A stretch of 64,000 bases of DNA. It comes from Candidatus Krumholzibacteriia bacterium (GTDB lineage: Bacteria; Krumholzibacteriota; Krumholzibacteriia; LZORAL124-64-63). The position numbers and the translations under genes are program-made. Below the pieces are notes generated by a model, which saw only the letters and a list, made by a program, of their open reading frames with translations, was not told the DNA's origin and ran no database searches. Where the stretch lies: positions 22,820 to 86,819 of the forward strand of contig JADGDU010000014.1 in assembly GCA_016744705.1 (NCBI GenBank), read 5' to 3'. This document shows positions 9,967-20,004 of this stretch, piece by piece. How positions within the stretch are numbered: position 1 is the first letter of the stretch; each line of letters starts with the position of its first letter.

Positions 9967-10779
9967 ATGGATGTTTTAAAATACAATCAAGAGTCCTGGG
10001 ACGGACAAGTTGAAAAAGGCAATGAATGGACTCTTCCTGTGGACGAATTGACCATTGCCGCGGCTCGCGAAGGTAACTGGCAAATTGTATTAACTCCCAC
10101 GAAGCCGGTTCCCCGCCATTGGTTCCCGTCTGATCTCAAAGGCCAATCCATTCTTTGTCTTGCTTCGGGTGGTGGGCAGCAGGCTCCAGTACTCGCAGCG
10201 GCGGGGGCAAAGGTGGTGGTCTTCGACGCCTCAGCAAAACAGCTCCAACAGGATGATTTTGTTGCCAAGAGGGAGGGACTGGAGATCGTCACAGAGTTGG
10301 GCGACATGAGGGACCTCTCACGTTTCGACGACGCCTCCTTTGATCTGATTTTCCATCCGTGCTCCAACGTTTTCATCGAGTCTGTGTTGCCGGTGTGGCA
10401 GGAGTCGGCTCGTGTTCTGCGGCCCGGTGGAGTATTGCTGTCCGGACTTACGAACCCCATTGAATACATCTTCGACCTCAAGGCTTGGAATGAGGGCAGA
10501 TTAGAGGTGAGGCATAGTATCCCCTATTCTGATGTCAAAGATTTGGCCCAGGAGGAATTGCAGGAATTAGTTCTGGATCAAGGGGAGCCCGTCTGCTTCG
10601 GGCACTCCTTACAGGACCTAATTCAAGGACAGATTGATGCTGGTTTTGTTATTGCAGGATTCTACGAGGACAAATGGAGTGAAAATCCGTTAAGTGCATT
10701 CATTGACAGTTATTTCGCCACAAAAGCCATCAATGGAACTAAGAATAAGGTAGGCAGTGAACAAAAAGTTGAACCTTAG
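9967..10779 (+). CDS. Class I SAM-dependent methyltransferase
   Basis: ILCLASGGGQQ motif I, GDMRDL, RVLRPGG. Confidence 0.85.
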   Translation: MDVLKYNQESWDGQVEKGNEWTLPVDELTIAAAREGNWQIVLTPTKPVPRHWFPSDLKGQSILCLASGGGQQAPVLAAAGAKVVVFDASAKQLQQDDFVAKREGLEIVTELGDMRDLSRFDDASFDLIFHPCSNVFIESVLPVWQESARVLRPGGVLLSGLTNPIEYIFDLKAWNEGRLEVRHSIPYSDVKDLAQEELQELVLDQGEPVCFGHSLQDLIQGQIDAGFVIAGFYEDKWSENPLSAFIDSYFATKAINGTKNKVGSEQKVEP

Positions 10780-10836
10780 GCTTCTATCTGTCACTGTCTT
10801 GGGTGACTGAAAAAAACTCTAAATTTACAGGGCTAT

Positions 10837-11592
10837 ATGAAAGGTTCCATGATGCGGATGCACGCGCTGATCATCGGTCTATTAGTTCTCTTGGTTTTTG
10901 GTGCCGCCTGTGAAAGCGATGAAACCACTACCTGTAATCCGGAAGTGGAAAACAACCCCTTGGTTCTCCATTCAGGACCGGGAGCAGAGGATACTGTCAC
11001 AGCTATCTGGGGCAGTCTTGAGGATGGAAGTGTGTATGCGCAGTTTGGTGATCCCCAGGGGTTTGCGGATCTGAGCACTGCCCAACTGTCCATCGAACAG
11101 GTCCGTGTGGTGAGCGTGCTTGGTCGTGACTATTTCGGTTATGACGACATGGGCGGGACCTGTAATAACACAGGTGCCGATTATGAGACAGAGCTTCCTT
11201 TTGATGTCTTAGGGATGCTCCCCAGCGAATTGGGTGGTTTTTCAAACATGGTCGTAAGCCATCATGATGGTTTCGTCGATTTTTCGAGACTGTTCTGCTT
11301 CAGTGAATGGTGCAATACAGGTTTTCTCCATGTGGAACTTTTGACAACTTCAGCGGATGAATTTGGTCCTTCGGTGGAAGGTGGTTGCACCACATCCATG
11401 GCGCTCGTTGGTGTGTACCCACCTCTTCGGGAACCAGCATCAGATATAATCATCACCAAGCTCCTGCTTGAGTTTATCAATGTGGAATTGATGATTTTTG
11501 ATTCATCAGGAAATTCGGTTTCGGCTATTTGGCCATCCCTGAAAGTTCAGTACGCACACCCCCATGAAATTGAGAGTGTTCGAAATATTTGA
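10837..11592 (+). CDS. Hypothetical lipoprotein
   Basis: Hydrophobic N-terminus ending GAAC; 251 aa; no recognised family. Confidence 0.55.
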   Translation: MKGSMMRMHALIIGLLVLLVFGAACESDETTTCNPEVENNPLVLHSGPGAEDTVTAIWGSLEDGSVYAQFGDPQGFADLSTAQLSIEQVRVVSVLGRDYFGYDDMGGTCNNTGADYETELPFDVLGMLPSELGGFSNMVVSHHDGFVDFSRLFCFSEWCNTGFLHVELLTTSADEFGPSVEGGCTTSMALVGVYPPLREPASDIIITKLLLEFINVELMIFDSSGNSVSAIWPSLKVQYAHPHEIESVRNI

Positions 11593-11641
11593 TCAACCCG
11601 TAATTTTTCAAGGGTTGGCTACAAGGAAAAGAGGAGAGAAA

Positions 11642-12220
11642 ATGTCGAAGAGTATCAAAGGCACGCAAACTGAAAAAAACCTGCTCATCGCCTTTGCTGG
11701 TGAGTCTCAGGCCCGAAACAGGTATTCCTACTACTCGGGTGCTGCCAAAAAAGAAGGACTGGTTCAGATTTCGGCAATTTTTGAAGAAACAGCCAATCAG
11801 GAAAAAGAACATGCCAAAAGGTTTTTCAAATTCCTGGAAGGTGGCGACCTGGAAATAACCGAAACGTTTCCAGCGGGAGTCATTGGAACTACATTGGATA
11901 ACCTGAAAGCCGCTGCAGCTGGTGAGGAACATGAATGGCAGGAGATGTATCCTGGATTTGCTGCCATCGCCAGAGAAGAGGGCTTTGAGAAAATTGCAGA
12001 AGCCTTTGACGCCATTTCCATTGCAGAAAAGCAACATGGGAAACGGTATAGAGATCTGGCCAAAAATCTGGAAGACGGCAAGGTCTTCAAAAGAAACGGC
12101 AAGGTTGTATGGCGTTGCAGAAATTGCGGATACCTTCATGAAGGTGAAGACGCTCCTGATCTCTGTCCAGCCTGCATTCACCCTCGGGCTCATTTCGAAT
12201 TGCTTGGGGAAAACTGGTAA
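11642..12220 (+). CDS. rbr: Rubrerythrin
   Basis: AFAGESQARNRY, EKEHAKRF, EKQH, C-terminal WRCRNCG..CPAC rubredoxin motif; RBS GAGGAG. Confidence 0.95.
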   Translation: MSKSIKGTQTEKNLLIAFAGESQARNRYSYYSGAAKKEGLVQISAIFEETANQEKEHAKRFFKFLEGGDLEITETFPAGVIGTTLDNLKAAAAGEEHEWQEMYPGFAAIAREEGFEKIAEAFDAISIAEKQHGKRYRDLAKNLEDGKVFKRNGKVVWRCRNCGYLHEGEDAPDLCPACIHPRAHFELLGENW

Positions 12221-12247
12221 ACAAGGACCATAGGAGTTTGTTGGATC

Positions 12248-12661
12248 ATGAATCCTATTTTAAGAAATATTTTGGCGGTCGTCGCCGGATTTATCGTAGG
12301 CAGTGTCGTCAATATGGGGTTGGTAAACATTGGGAGTTCCGTTGTTGCTCTTCCTGAGGGTGCTGACATCTCCACCATGGAGGGCCTGCGCGAGAGCATG
12401 AAATTGTTTGCCCCTGTAAACTTCCTGTTCCCGTTTTTGGCTCATGCTCTTGGAACGCTTGTTGGGGCTTTTGTGGCAGCCAAACTTGCGGTTAGCCACC
12501 ACCTTAGATTTGCCCTGGCCGTGGGGGTGTTTTTTCTGCTCGGTGGCATCTACATGGTCTATCTGTGCGGTGGTCCCATGTGGTTCGTCGCCTCGGATCT
12601 GCTGTTGGCCTACATCCCTATGGGGTTCCTGGGTGGCACCCTTGCAGGTGGAAAAAGGTGA
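12248..12661 (+). CDS. Hypothetical membrane protein
   Basis: About four hydrophobic segments; RBS AGGAG. Confidence 0.7.
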   Translation: MNPILRNILAVVAGFIVGSVVNMGLVNIGSSVVALPEGADISTMEGLRESMKLFAPVNFLFPFLAHALGTLVGAFVAAKLAVSHHLRFALAVGVFFLLGGIYMVYLCGGPMWFVASDLLLAYIPMGFLGGTLAGGKR

Positions 12662-12681
12662 GTTAAGGTTTTGGTTATGAA

Positions 12682-13230
12682 ATGAAAACCTATGTTGCCC
12701 TTTTCAGAGGTATCAATGTGGGCGGGAAAAACATCCTGCCCATGAACGAGCTTGTGGCCTTGTTGGAGGGTTTAGGGTTGAGCCATGTTCAAACCTATAT
12801 CCAAAGTGGAAATGCAATTTTCAGGGCCCAAACGGCAGAGCCCAATGATCTGGCCCGGATCATTGGGGATGCTGTTAACAAGAGCCACTCATTCGCGCCG
12901 AAGGTACTTGTTCTATCCTTTCAGGATTTTCATCATGCCATCGACGCCAATCCTTTCCCTGCGGGTGAAAGCCAGCCTAAATCGTTGCATCTCTTCTTTC
13001 TGAAAACTACGGCGGCAAATCCGGATGAAAAGAAGCTGGCCACTCTGTGCAAAACGAGTGAAAAGTACCAATTGGCTGGAAGGGTTTTTTACCTTTATAC
13101 CCCAGAAGGATTTGGTCCCTCAAAATTGGCGGCAAATGTAGAAAAAGCACTCGGTGTGGCCGTAACAGCCCGGAATTGGCGATCGGCAAAGGCCATTTTA
13201 TCATTGGCTGAAAAAGCAGAAGAGAAATAA
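12682..13230 (+). CDS. DUF1697 family protein
   Basis: YVALFRGINVGG, VQTYIQSGN, TARNW. Confidence 0.9.
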   Translation: MKTYVALFRGINVGGKNILPMNELVALLEGLGLSHVQTYIQSGNAIFRAQTAEPNDLARIIGDAVNKSHSFAPKVLVLSFQDFHHAIDANPFPAGESQPKSLHLFFLKTTAANPDEKKLATLCKTSEKYQLAGRVFYLYTPEGFGPSKLAANVEKALGVAVTARNWRSAKAILSLAEKAEEK

Positions 13231-13249
13231 GGATAAGGAGAGGGAAGCC

Positions 13250-13627
13250 ATGCAGTACGATGTAGAAACCCCCGAAGAGTATATGAATTGCCTGGAGCCA
13301 GGCTGGAAGCTCGACAAGCTTGAGGAATTGAGACAGATCATCAAGGCCGGTGTCCCCTCTGTGGAAGAAGGGATCGGTTACAAGATGTTGTCCTACGCTT
13401 ACAAGGGCCAAGTGCTCTTTCACCTCAATGCCCAAAAGGCCTTTGTAGGGTTTTATGTTGGTGACGCAAAGCTACTGGACCCCAGTGGCGAATTGCTAAA
13501 AGGAATTGACAAAGGCAAGAGTTGCGTCCGTTTTAAAAAATCTACGGAAGTAGTGGAAGAAAATATCCAAAAAATCATTCAGGCTGCGGTAATAATGAGT
13601 GACAATGGAAAAGGCTCCCAGTGCTAG
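13250..13627 (+). CDS. DUF1801/iron-chaperone-like protein
   Basis: LRQII..P.VEEGIGYKM..Y, GKSCVRFKK. Confidence 0.8.
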   Translation: MQYDVETPEEYMNCLEPGWKLDKLEELRQIIKAGVPSVEEGIGYKMLSYAYKGQVLFHLNAQKAFVGFYVGDAKLLDPSGELLKGIDKGKSCVRFKKSTEVVEENIQKIIQAAVIMSDNGKGSQC

Positions 13628-13668
13628 GGTTTAGAGCTGCGCATCTGGATTAAACACAAGGAGAACTC

Positions 13669-14001
13669 ATGGCAGAGAAAACAAATATCGATATTGCACA
13701 CAGCGATTCCTATTTTGACGGCGGACTCTTCCAATTGATTGGTTGGAACATTCTGGGCTGGTTTGTGACTGTCCTTACTCTGGGCATTTGCTTTCCGTGG
13801 TCGTACACCATGATCTATCGCTGGGAAGCGGAACACACGGTGATCAACGGGCGGCGGTTGAAGTTTGATGGAACAGCAGTCCAGCTCTTTGGGTTGTGGA
13901 TCAAATGGTTGCTTTTGATCATCATCACTCTTGGTATTTATAGCTTTTGGGTGAGCATCTCCCTGAAAAAATGGCGAGTCTCCCACACACGTTTGACATA
14001 A
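13669..14001 (+). CDS. DUF898-like membrane protein
   Basis: SYFDGGLFQLIGW, TLGI..PW, INGRRLKFDG, ITLGIY. Confidence 0.8.
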   Translation: MAEKTNIDIAHSDSYFDGGLFQLIGWNILGWFVTVLTLGICFPWSYTMIYRWEAEHTVINGRRLKFDGTAVQLFGLWIKWLLLIIITLGIYSFWVSISLKKWRVSHTRLT

Positions 14002-14036
14002 GAGACCTGGGCAAACACGAGAAGGTAAACTGACTA

Positions 14037-14618
14037 ATGAATCTGGAAAAAGAACTGCAGGAACGAAGCGAATCAAAATGTGAATTGTGCAGCGCAGCCG
14101 AAGGCCTGGGAGTGTATGAGGTGCCCCCCAGCCCAGATGGCACCAAGGAGACCAGCCTCTATCTGTGTGAGACATGCCGCTTGCAACTGACCGACTCTCA
14201 GGCTGTCGATCCCAACCACTGGCGCTGCCTGAACGATAGCATGTGGAGCCCGGTGTCTGCGGTGCAGGTTGTGGCGTGGCGCATGCTCCAAAAGCTCAGC
14301 TCTGAAGGTTGGCCCCGGGATTTGCTGGAAATGCTCTATCTGGATGATGAGGTGCGGTCCTGGGCTGAGGCCATGGGATCCGATGATTCGGCGGATCAAA
14401 CGGTCAAACATGTGGATGGAAACGGGGCGGCTTTGGAGGCTGGGGATTCCGTTACGCTGACTAAAGACCTGAATGTCAAAGGCGCCAACTTCACGGCCAA
14501 GCGAGGCACAGTGGTGCGCGGAATTTCTCTTGTCTCCGACAATGCAGAGCACATTGAAGGCAAGCTCAATGGCCAGCGCATCGTCATTCTGACCAAATTC
14601 GTAAAGAAGGCAAACTGA
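14037..14618 (+). CDS. PhnA/YjdM-domain protein with N-terminal Zn-binding region
   Basis: CELC..CETC, HWRCL, C-terminal D.NG..L..GDSVTL.KDL.VKG..KRGT. Confidence 0.85.
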   Translation: MNLEKELQERSESKCELCSAAEGLGVYEVPPSPDGTKETSLYLCETCRLQLTDSQAVDPNHWRCLNDSMWSPVSAVQVVAWRMLQKLSSEGWPRDLLEMLYLDDEVRSWAEAMGSDDSADQTVKHVDGNGAALEAGDSVTLTKDLNVKGANFTAKRGTVVRGISLVSDNAEHIEGKLNGQRIVILTKFVKKAN

Positions 14619-14956
14619 TGGCGTCAGATTTGAACAATGTGGAATTCATGGCTGACCAGATGAGTGGAGCCGGCGAGATTACCTTCAAAAGAATGTTTGG
14701 AGAATTTGGTCTCTACTGTGATGGGAAAATCATTGGTTCTGTGTGTGATAACAATCTTTTTATCAAGCAAACAGAGGCCGGCAGAGCGTTCATTGGTGAC
14801 TTTAAGGAAGCCTCACCCTACCCGGGGGCTAAGCCTCAGTTGTTGATTGAAGACAAGATTGAAGATGGGCCCTGGCTGAGCAAACTGGTCCGCCTTACAG
14901 CCGACGAGTTGCCCGAGCCAAAGCCAAAACGGAAACGCAAACCCTCAGCAAAATGA
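14618..14956 (+). CDS. TfoX/Sxy N-terminal domain protein
   Basis: KRMFGEFGLY.DGK...CDNNLFIK, PYPGAK. Confidence 0.85.
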   Translation: MASDLNNVEFMADQMSGAGEITFKRMFGEFGLYCDGKIIGSVCDNNLFIKQTEAGRAFIGDFKEASPYPGAKPQLLIEDKIEDGPWLSKLVRLTADELPEPKPKRKRKPSAK

Positions 14957-14960
14957 TCCC

Positions 14961-16322
14961 TTAAAACCTGTAGGATAAGAACGTTCGCAGTTCAATGTTC
15001 TTCAGGTGCAACTCGTCATAATCATCGAAATAAGAATCCCGCAGATAATAGGTATACTGCAATCCCAGTCCCCATTTTTTGTACAGGCGAGGGTTCAAGG
15101 TGGCCTGGGCCCAATGGACAAATTCATCGCCATCGACTCCACTGAGGGTGTGGAACCAGTATAGCCAATACCGCACAGCGAAGGATCCGTATTTCTGGTG
15201 ATCCAACATCCCGAACAGCTTTAATTTGGAGCCGGTGGTGTAATTGTATTCCCGACCGGCCGAGGTTTCAAAACCCACATTGGAGCCACCGAGGACCACC
15301 CAGTTGAGTTGGGCCCCTGTAAGAACCACCATGGGAGACTGGGTGTTGAACCGGGAGAAAATTCCGGCTCCGATGCTTTGGGCGCCAAATTGATAGACCC
15401 GTGAATCGAAGTAGTCGTAGTCTTGAGAGACGCCAATAAGGCTTCGGCTGTCTTGACCATGATCAAATTTGCGGCCATAGAGAAAACCTGTGCCGGTGAC
15501 TTCGTGAATCAGGGGGAAGTGGCCATGAACGGTGAGAGCGGCCCGCAGACTGAAATACTCAAAGGGTTCCGGGTTGGATAGATCTTCAAATGGATCGCCG
15601 TAAAGGAATTTTCCCCCCACCAGATAAGCAGGCATGCTATTGCTGAGGTCGGTTCCGTCGGCTACATGGTTGGTTCCGGCAGAGAGTTGGCCACCCAGAT
15701 AGGAGGGCATCCAGTCATCAGGATTTTGGCCGTATTTTGCGGTTTTGCCGGTGACTAAACGGTTAAATCCCCGCACGGGGTTGACGAAAAATGCGCCTAA
15801 CTCTCTAAAGGTACGTTCGGAACCGGTGGAAGAATTGTCCAGGATCATGGAAGAAAGCCGGTATGCGGTTTCACCCATGTAGGCGCCACCTAGAACCGTG
15901 GTGACCAGATCGTTGGTGGCGGGAGGTTCGGCCTCAAAGAACATTTCCCAGGCCAGGCTGCCGCACATGGTGAACGGCATGGAGCCCCAAAAGTCATATC
16001 CGTTGGTGCGAGCGGCGTTAAAGAATTGGCCGCCATGAATGGGATGGCCCCATTGGTTCATGGACCACTCATCGTGGTCCCACACAAAGCCGGTTCTCAT
16101 ATTTTGTTCGATGGTGTTGAAACCGATATAGGCCCAGTCAGTGCCCAAAATGCGGCTGGGGGCCCAAACGCCCACAGTGAGAATGCCAAGGTTAGCAGCC
16201 AGAAGAGCATTGTTTTTTGGTTCTTCAATTTTTAGCGAGTCGGGGGTATCGGTTTGTTCGGACTGTGAGATTCCAGGTATAAGAAGAGCCACGGCCAACA
16301 GGGTGTAAATTAAGATTTTCAT
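14961..16322 (-). CDS. DUF3943-domain outer-membrane protein
   Basis: Signal peptide; WDHD...NQWGHP.HG..FNAAR.NG, GSLAWE, NDLVTT; C-terminal Phe (SYRF). Confidence 0.8.
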   Translation of the reverse strand: MKILIYTLLAVALLIPGISQSEQTDTPDSLKIEEPKNNALLAANLGILTVGVWAPSRILGTDWAYIGFNTIEQNMRTGFVWDHDEWSMNQWGHPIHGGQFFNAARTNGYDFWGSMPFTMCGSLAWEMFFEAEPPATNDLVTTVLGGAYMGETAYRLSSMILDNSSTGSERTFRELGAFFVNPVRGFNRLVTGKTAKYGQNPDDWMPSYLGGQLSAGTNHVADGTDLSNSMPAYLVGGKFLYGDPFEDLSNPEPFEYFSLRAALTVHGHFPLIHEVTGTGFLYGRKFDHGQDSRSLIGVSQDYDYFDSRVYQFGAQSIGAGIFSRFNTQSPMVVLTGAQLNWVVLGGSNVGFETSAGREYNYTTGSKLKLFGMLDHQKYGSFAVRYWLYWFHTLSGVDGDEFVHWAQATLNPRLYKKWGLGLQYTYYLRDSYFDDYDELHLKNIELRTFLSYRF

Positions 16323-16867
16323 TATATCAACCCCACTCCCAGGAAGACGGAACCTTTGTTGATGTTATCCGATCCGAAGGATTCGTCTTCATAAAAATTG
16401 GTTGTGGATACACCAACGAAACATGACATGTACCGCCCTAAAACGACTTCTAGCCGGAGGCGAGCATCGAGGGTGTAGAATTTATCGGTGTTGATAATGG
16501 GGTTGTCGGTACCACTGGGTAGAACATGGCGCAGGCCCACATCAGCGGCCACAAAAAGCCAGGGTTTGAGGGGAAAGCGGCGGCCAACATTCAACCCCAG
16601 AAAAAACGAAGCTTCACGGTCTTCAAACGCACTGAGTCCACCACAGGTGAGCTCGGTGTACCAAAGGTTGTGCGAAAATTGAAACCCTGTGGTGTATTGG
16701 GTGATTCCGCTCCAGTGGGTGACCCATTGGAAATCAGTCACGAAAGACAGGGACTCTTCTTCGGCCAGGCAGGCTGGGGGAAGATAGATAGAAAGTAAGA
16801 TCACGAGCACAAGGAAGTGACGACATCTGACCATGATCAGTTTTCCCCGCAAAAAGGGTGAATACAA
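16322..16867 (-). CDS. Hypothetical small outer-membrane beta-barrel protein
   Basis: Signal peptide and alternating hydrophobic strands; start may be 16834. Confidence 0.55.
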   Translation of the reverse strand: MYSPFLRGKLIMVRCRHFLVLVILLSIYLPPACLAEEESLSFVTDFQWVTHWSGITQYTTGFQFSHNLWYTELTCGGLSAFEDREASFFLGLNVGRRFPLKPWLFVAADVGLRHVLPSGTDNPIINTDKFYTLDARLRLEVVLGRYMSCFVGVSTTNFYEDESFGSDNINKGSVFLGVGLI

Positions 16868-16915
16868 AGACTATAAAGCAGAGAATACGATCAGCAAGAC
16901 ACGCTGGTCAAGGCT

Positions 16916-19900
16916 TTAACGAACAAGTGTAATTTTCTGTTCTGCAGTGGTTTGCCCTGATTTTGCTTTAACCAAATACACACCGCTTGCCATATTTCTG
17001 CCCTCATCATTTTGTCCATTCCAAGTCAGCCCGTGGCGTTTTCCGGTGGGAAGAATGCCTTGGAAAAGAGTCCGGATCTTGTGGCCACGAATATCAAAAA
17101 TTTCTATGAGAGACTGGCCGGAGGAAGTTTGAGGCAAGTTTAATTCGATGGTCACCCGAGGATTGAACGGGTTGGGGAAACAGCGCAAGTTGAGGTTTTG
17201 GGGAGCCGGGACATCGTCGGAGACGGCACTGATATGGGTGCTTCCGTAGTTGGTTTCAGTGTAGGAAACAGTGGCCTGCATAGCAGAGGTATCTGCATTG
17301 CGAATTTGCAGGAAACGGTAATTGTTGGGCGAGGGAATGGGCAGTGCAGAATCGCCGGGTTTCCAGCTTTCCCATTCGATAAATGACAGGTCATCGTACC
17401 AGCTGTAGCCGGTGTTGGAGGCTGGTGGTTCGTGTCCGCAACGCATTTCAAAATACACGGCGTTGTCAGGGGTTTCGAAATCTCGCCATTGGCGAACCCA
17501 ATCGGTGGATCCGTCCAAGGGGGAAGCCAGATCATATCCGGCTATGGGTGTTTCGGAATACCGGTCGCCATAAAAGCGAACCATGGTGCGGGCCTGGTAG
17601 GCATTGTCGGTGCGCAGCCAGGCCACGGCTGAATGTTGTTTGCTCGGGTCGCATGGCAGGTGTTTTTCAAGGTCGGTCCCGGTTTGGTCTGAAGCGTTGT
17701 CAAAGCGGCGCAAGCGCAGGCTTCTGTCTCCGCTGTGCACGATATCGGTGACTAAGGTTTCATCGTCGGTGTTCACATCCCAGGGGTCGGCTCCTTCGTC
17801 TTCAAAGCCACCGTGCCAAAGAATCTCTCGTCCCCAACGCACTTCCACAGCGCTGCTGATATCCATGGCTGATAAGTTGCCCATGCCTTCCAGTTTCAGA
17901 GGAGCTGAAATGGCGTACCCGTCGATATCTGTAAGAGAGACAGTGGTTTCTGTCGTGGTTAAGGTGGAGTCGATGCCCGCGCGACTGAGGTGAATGCGAG
18001 CTTCTTTCTCTTCCTGCATGGGGACCACGAGAGCATTCATGGGGCGGGAGTAATCGGCCAATCGCCCAATGATCTCACGGCTCAGGTTGCCGCTGACAGG
18101 TTCGGGGATGAAATGATTGATCCAGCCCGGAGTGAAACGGTAGCCGGTGATGCCGGTTTTTTCAATTTCGAGGGTCAGCACCATGGAAGGCATGGTTTCG
18201 GGATAATAAAGATCGAAAATGAAATTGCCCAAACTGTGGGCGATGAGTTTGCCGTTGTAAGATTCGAAGCCTTGCAGGACGTGGGGATGGTGGTTGATCA
18301 AAACATCGGCGCCCAGATCGATGGCTGCTCGGCGCAACTGGCGTTCGCCTGGAGAGGGTTCGTTGCGAAACTTGAATTGGGGGTCCCCTTCATGGATGGC
18401 GGCCGCTTCGGTGGGCAATGGGGAAGACGGTAATCCGGTAACAAATCCATCGGGGGTGGGAGCAGTTTCGTATTCGTCACCGCTGTGGGTTTGCACAATG
18501 ACCACATCGGAGAGAGGCCGTGTGTAATTGATGGAGCTTTCCAGATTTTCAGGCAGAAGGTAGGCGAAACCAGGCTTGTCGTATCCGGCGTCCAGAAATG
18601 GTTGAAAATTCCAAAGCCGGCCGGTGCGGTTGGACAGACCGAGGAAGCCAAGGCGCACTCCTTTTTCAGTCCAGAACGTGGGTAGCAGGGCCATGTATTC
18701 GGTGCTGCCTGCGCCGCTGTAAAGGATGTTCAGATTGTCCAAACTATCCATGGTGTCGAGCATGCCAATTTCACCATAGTCGACGATGTGGTTGTTGCCC
18801 AGGGTGACGACATCCACACCGGCGTAACTGATGCCGGTGATATTTTGGGGCTCGCTGCGGAAGACAACACTCTTGGTGGGGTGGGGCACACCGCGGTCGG
18901 TATACGGCACTTCGAGGTTGGCTACGTTGACGTCTGCCGCCTGGCCAAAGATTTCCAGAGTGGGGGTGTAGAGGGCTTCGATACCATAAGTGTCGATGAG
19001 CCCGCCGTTGTCTTCATAGCGGCGGCCGGTGAAAATGTCGCCTACAAAATTCACTGTCAGGGGGCCCTCTGGATCACCGGGGGAGACGGCAATCTGGCAG
19101 GTGTCGCCTGCGGCCATGAAGGTGGAATCGAGAACTTCCAGACCCACGGTGTAGGGGTGGTCGGCGTGGACTAGAAACTCGTGCATGGGATTTTGTTCGC
19201 GGGAAACGGTGCTGTCACCAAAATCCCAGGCCCAGGTGTGAGAGTCGGAATCCGGGTCAAAAACTTCACCGTGAAATTGCACTGAGAGGCGGTAGAGTTT
19301 GTCGGAAACCTTCTCCTGATCTTCCACGGTATACAGTATACGCGCCATGGGGGCTCGGGGTTGGTCTTCGGTCACATCGGCTATGGCATCAAAAAATGTG
19401 ACACCAGGGGAACTCGAATCGGCATCATTGACATAAATCAGTTGGTTCAGGTCGGGTTGGTATCCAAAAACCGTCTCCCAGTCACGACCGATAGGTAAAA
19501 GGTATAAGTGCCATTCATTACGCGAGTAAGCTCCCTGGTATACTGTATACCAGTTGGTGTTTTCGGGTAAATCACGACCAAAGAAGGTATAAAAGAGCTG
19601 ATTTTGTCCATCACTGATGCCAAAGGCCTGCATCTCTCCCAAATTCTCACCTGAGACGGCGATTTGCCAGACGGTGGTATCTGCCACGGACACTGATGAG
19701 ATGGTTTGGGTTTTCCAGGTATTGCCAAAAAGACGCAGGCTGGATCCGCTACCACCATAAGCATTATCGGTGGTGATCTGCCAATCGTCAGGTTCGATAT
19801 CCTGGTCAGAGTAAGACTTCAGAGTGGGTTCCAGGGTATCAAAGTTCTCGATGATGAGCCCACGGTTTTGGGCTAAAGCCGGGGTGCTAAACACCCAGGA

Positions 19901-19945
19901 AAAGCATCCCAGAAGAATCAACAAAGGGAGAAAAATTTTAGCCAT
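16916..19945 (-). CDS. Secreted CapA/PGA_cap metallophosphatase with PKD domain and FlgD-Ig/T9SS-like C-terminal domain
   Basis: WDFGD PKD motif; VGD, NLE, LGNNH, HSG.E, HHPHVLQ, SLGNF; PNPFN...TLVR tail. Confidence 0.85.
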   Translation of the reverse strand: MAKIFLPLLILLGCFSWVFSTPALAQNRGLIIENFDTLEPTLKSYSDQDIEPDDWQITTDNAYGGSGSSLRLFGNTWKTQTISSVSVADTTVWQIAVSGENLGEMQAFGISDGQNQLFYTFFGRDLPENTNWYTVYQGAYSRNEWHLYLLPIGRDWETVFGYQPDLNQLIYVNDADSSSPGVTFFDAIADVTEDQPRAPMARILYTVEDQEKVSDKLYRLSVQFHGEVFDPDSDSHTWAWDFGDSTVSREQNPMHEFLVHADHPYTVGLEVLDSTFMAAGDTCQIAVSPGDPEGPLTVNFVGDIFTGRRYEDNGGLIDTYGIEALYTPTLEIFGQAADVNVANLEVPYTDRGVPHPTKSVVFRSEPQNITGISYAGVDVVTLGNNHIVDYGEIGMLDTMDSLDNLNILYSGAGSTEYMALLPTFWTEKGVRLGFLGLSNRTGRLWNFQPFLDAGYDKPGFAYLLPENLESSINYTRPLSDVVIVQTHSGDEYETAPTPDGFVTGLPSSPLPTEAAAIHEGDPQFKFRNEPSPGERQLRRAAIDLGADVLINHHPHVLQGFESYNGKLIAHSLGNFIFDLYYPETMPSMVLTLEIEKTGITGYRFTPGWINHFIPEPVSGNLSREIIGRLADYSRPMNALVVPMQEEKEARIHLSRAGIDSTLTTTETTVSLTDIDGYAISAPLKLEGMGNLSAMDISSAVEVRWGREILWHGGFEDEGADPWDVNTDDETLVTDIVHSGDRSLRLRRFDNASDQTGTDLEKHLPCDPSKQHSAVAWLRTDNAYQARTMVRFYGDRYSETPIAGYDLASPLDGSTDWVRQWRDFETPDNAVYFEMRCGHEPPASNTGYSWYDDLSFIEWESWKPGDSALPIPSPNNYRFLQIRNADTSAMQATVSYTETNYGSTHISAVSDDVPAPQNLNLRCFPNPFNPRVTIELNLPQTSSGQSLIEIFDIRGHKIRTLFQGILPTGKRHGLTWNGQNDEGRNMASGVYLVKAKSGQTTAEQKITLVR

Positions 19946-20004
19946 GTGGAGGTCAACATCCTTCTAAAAATGGAGCAGTGTGATTTCACATTACCATAAA
20001 ACGA

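Noticed and set aside
11525..12193. 222-aa ORF antisense to rubrerythrin
   Set aside because: Typical spurious antisense ORF; rubrerythrin motifs are unambiguous.
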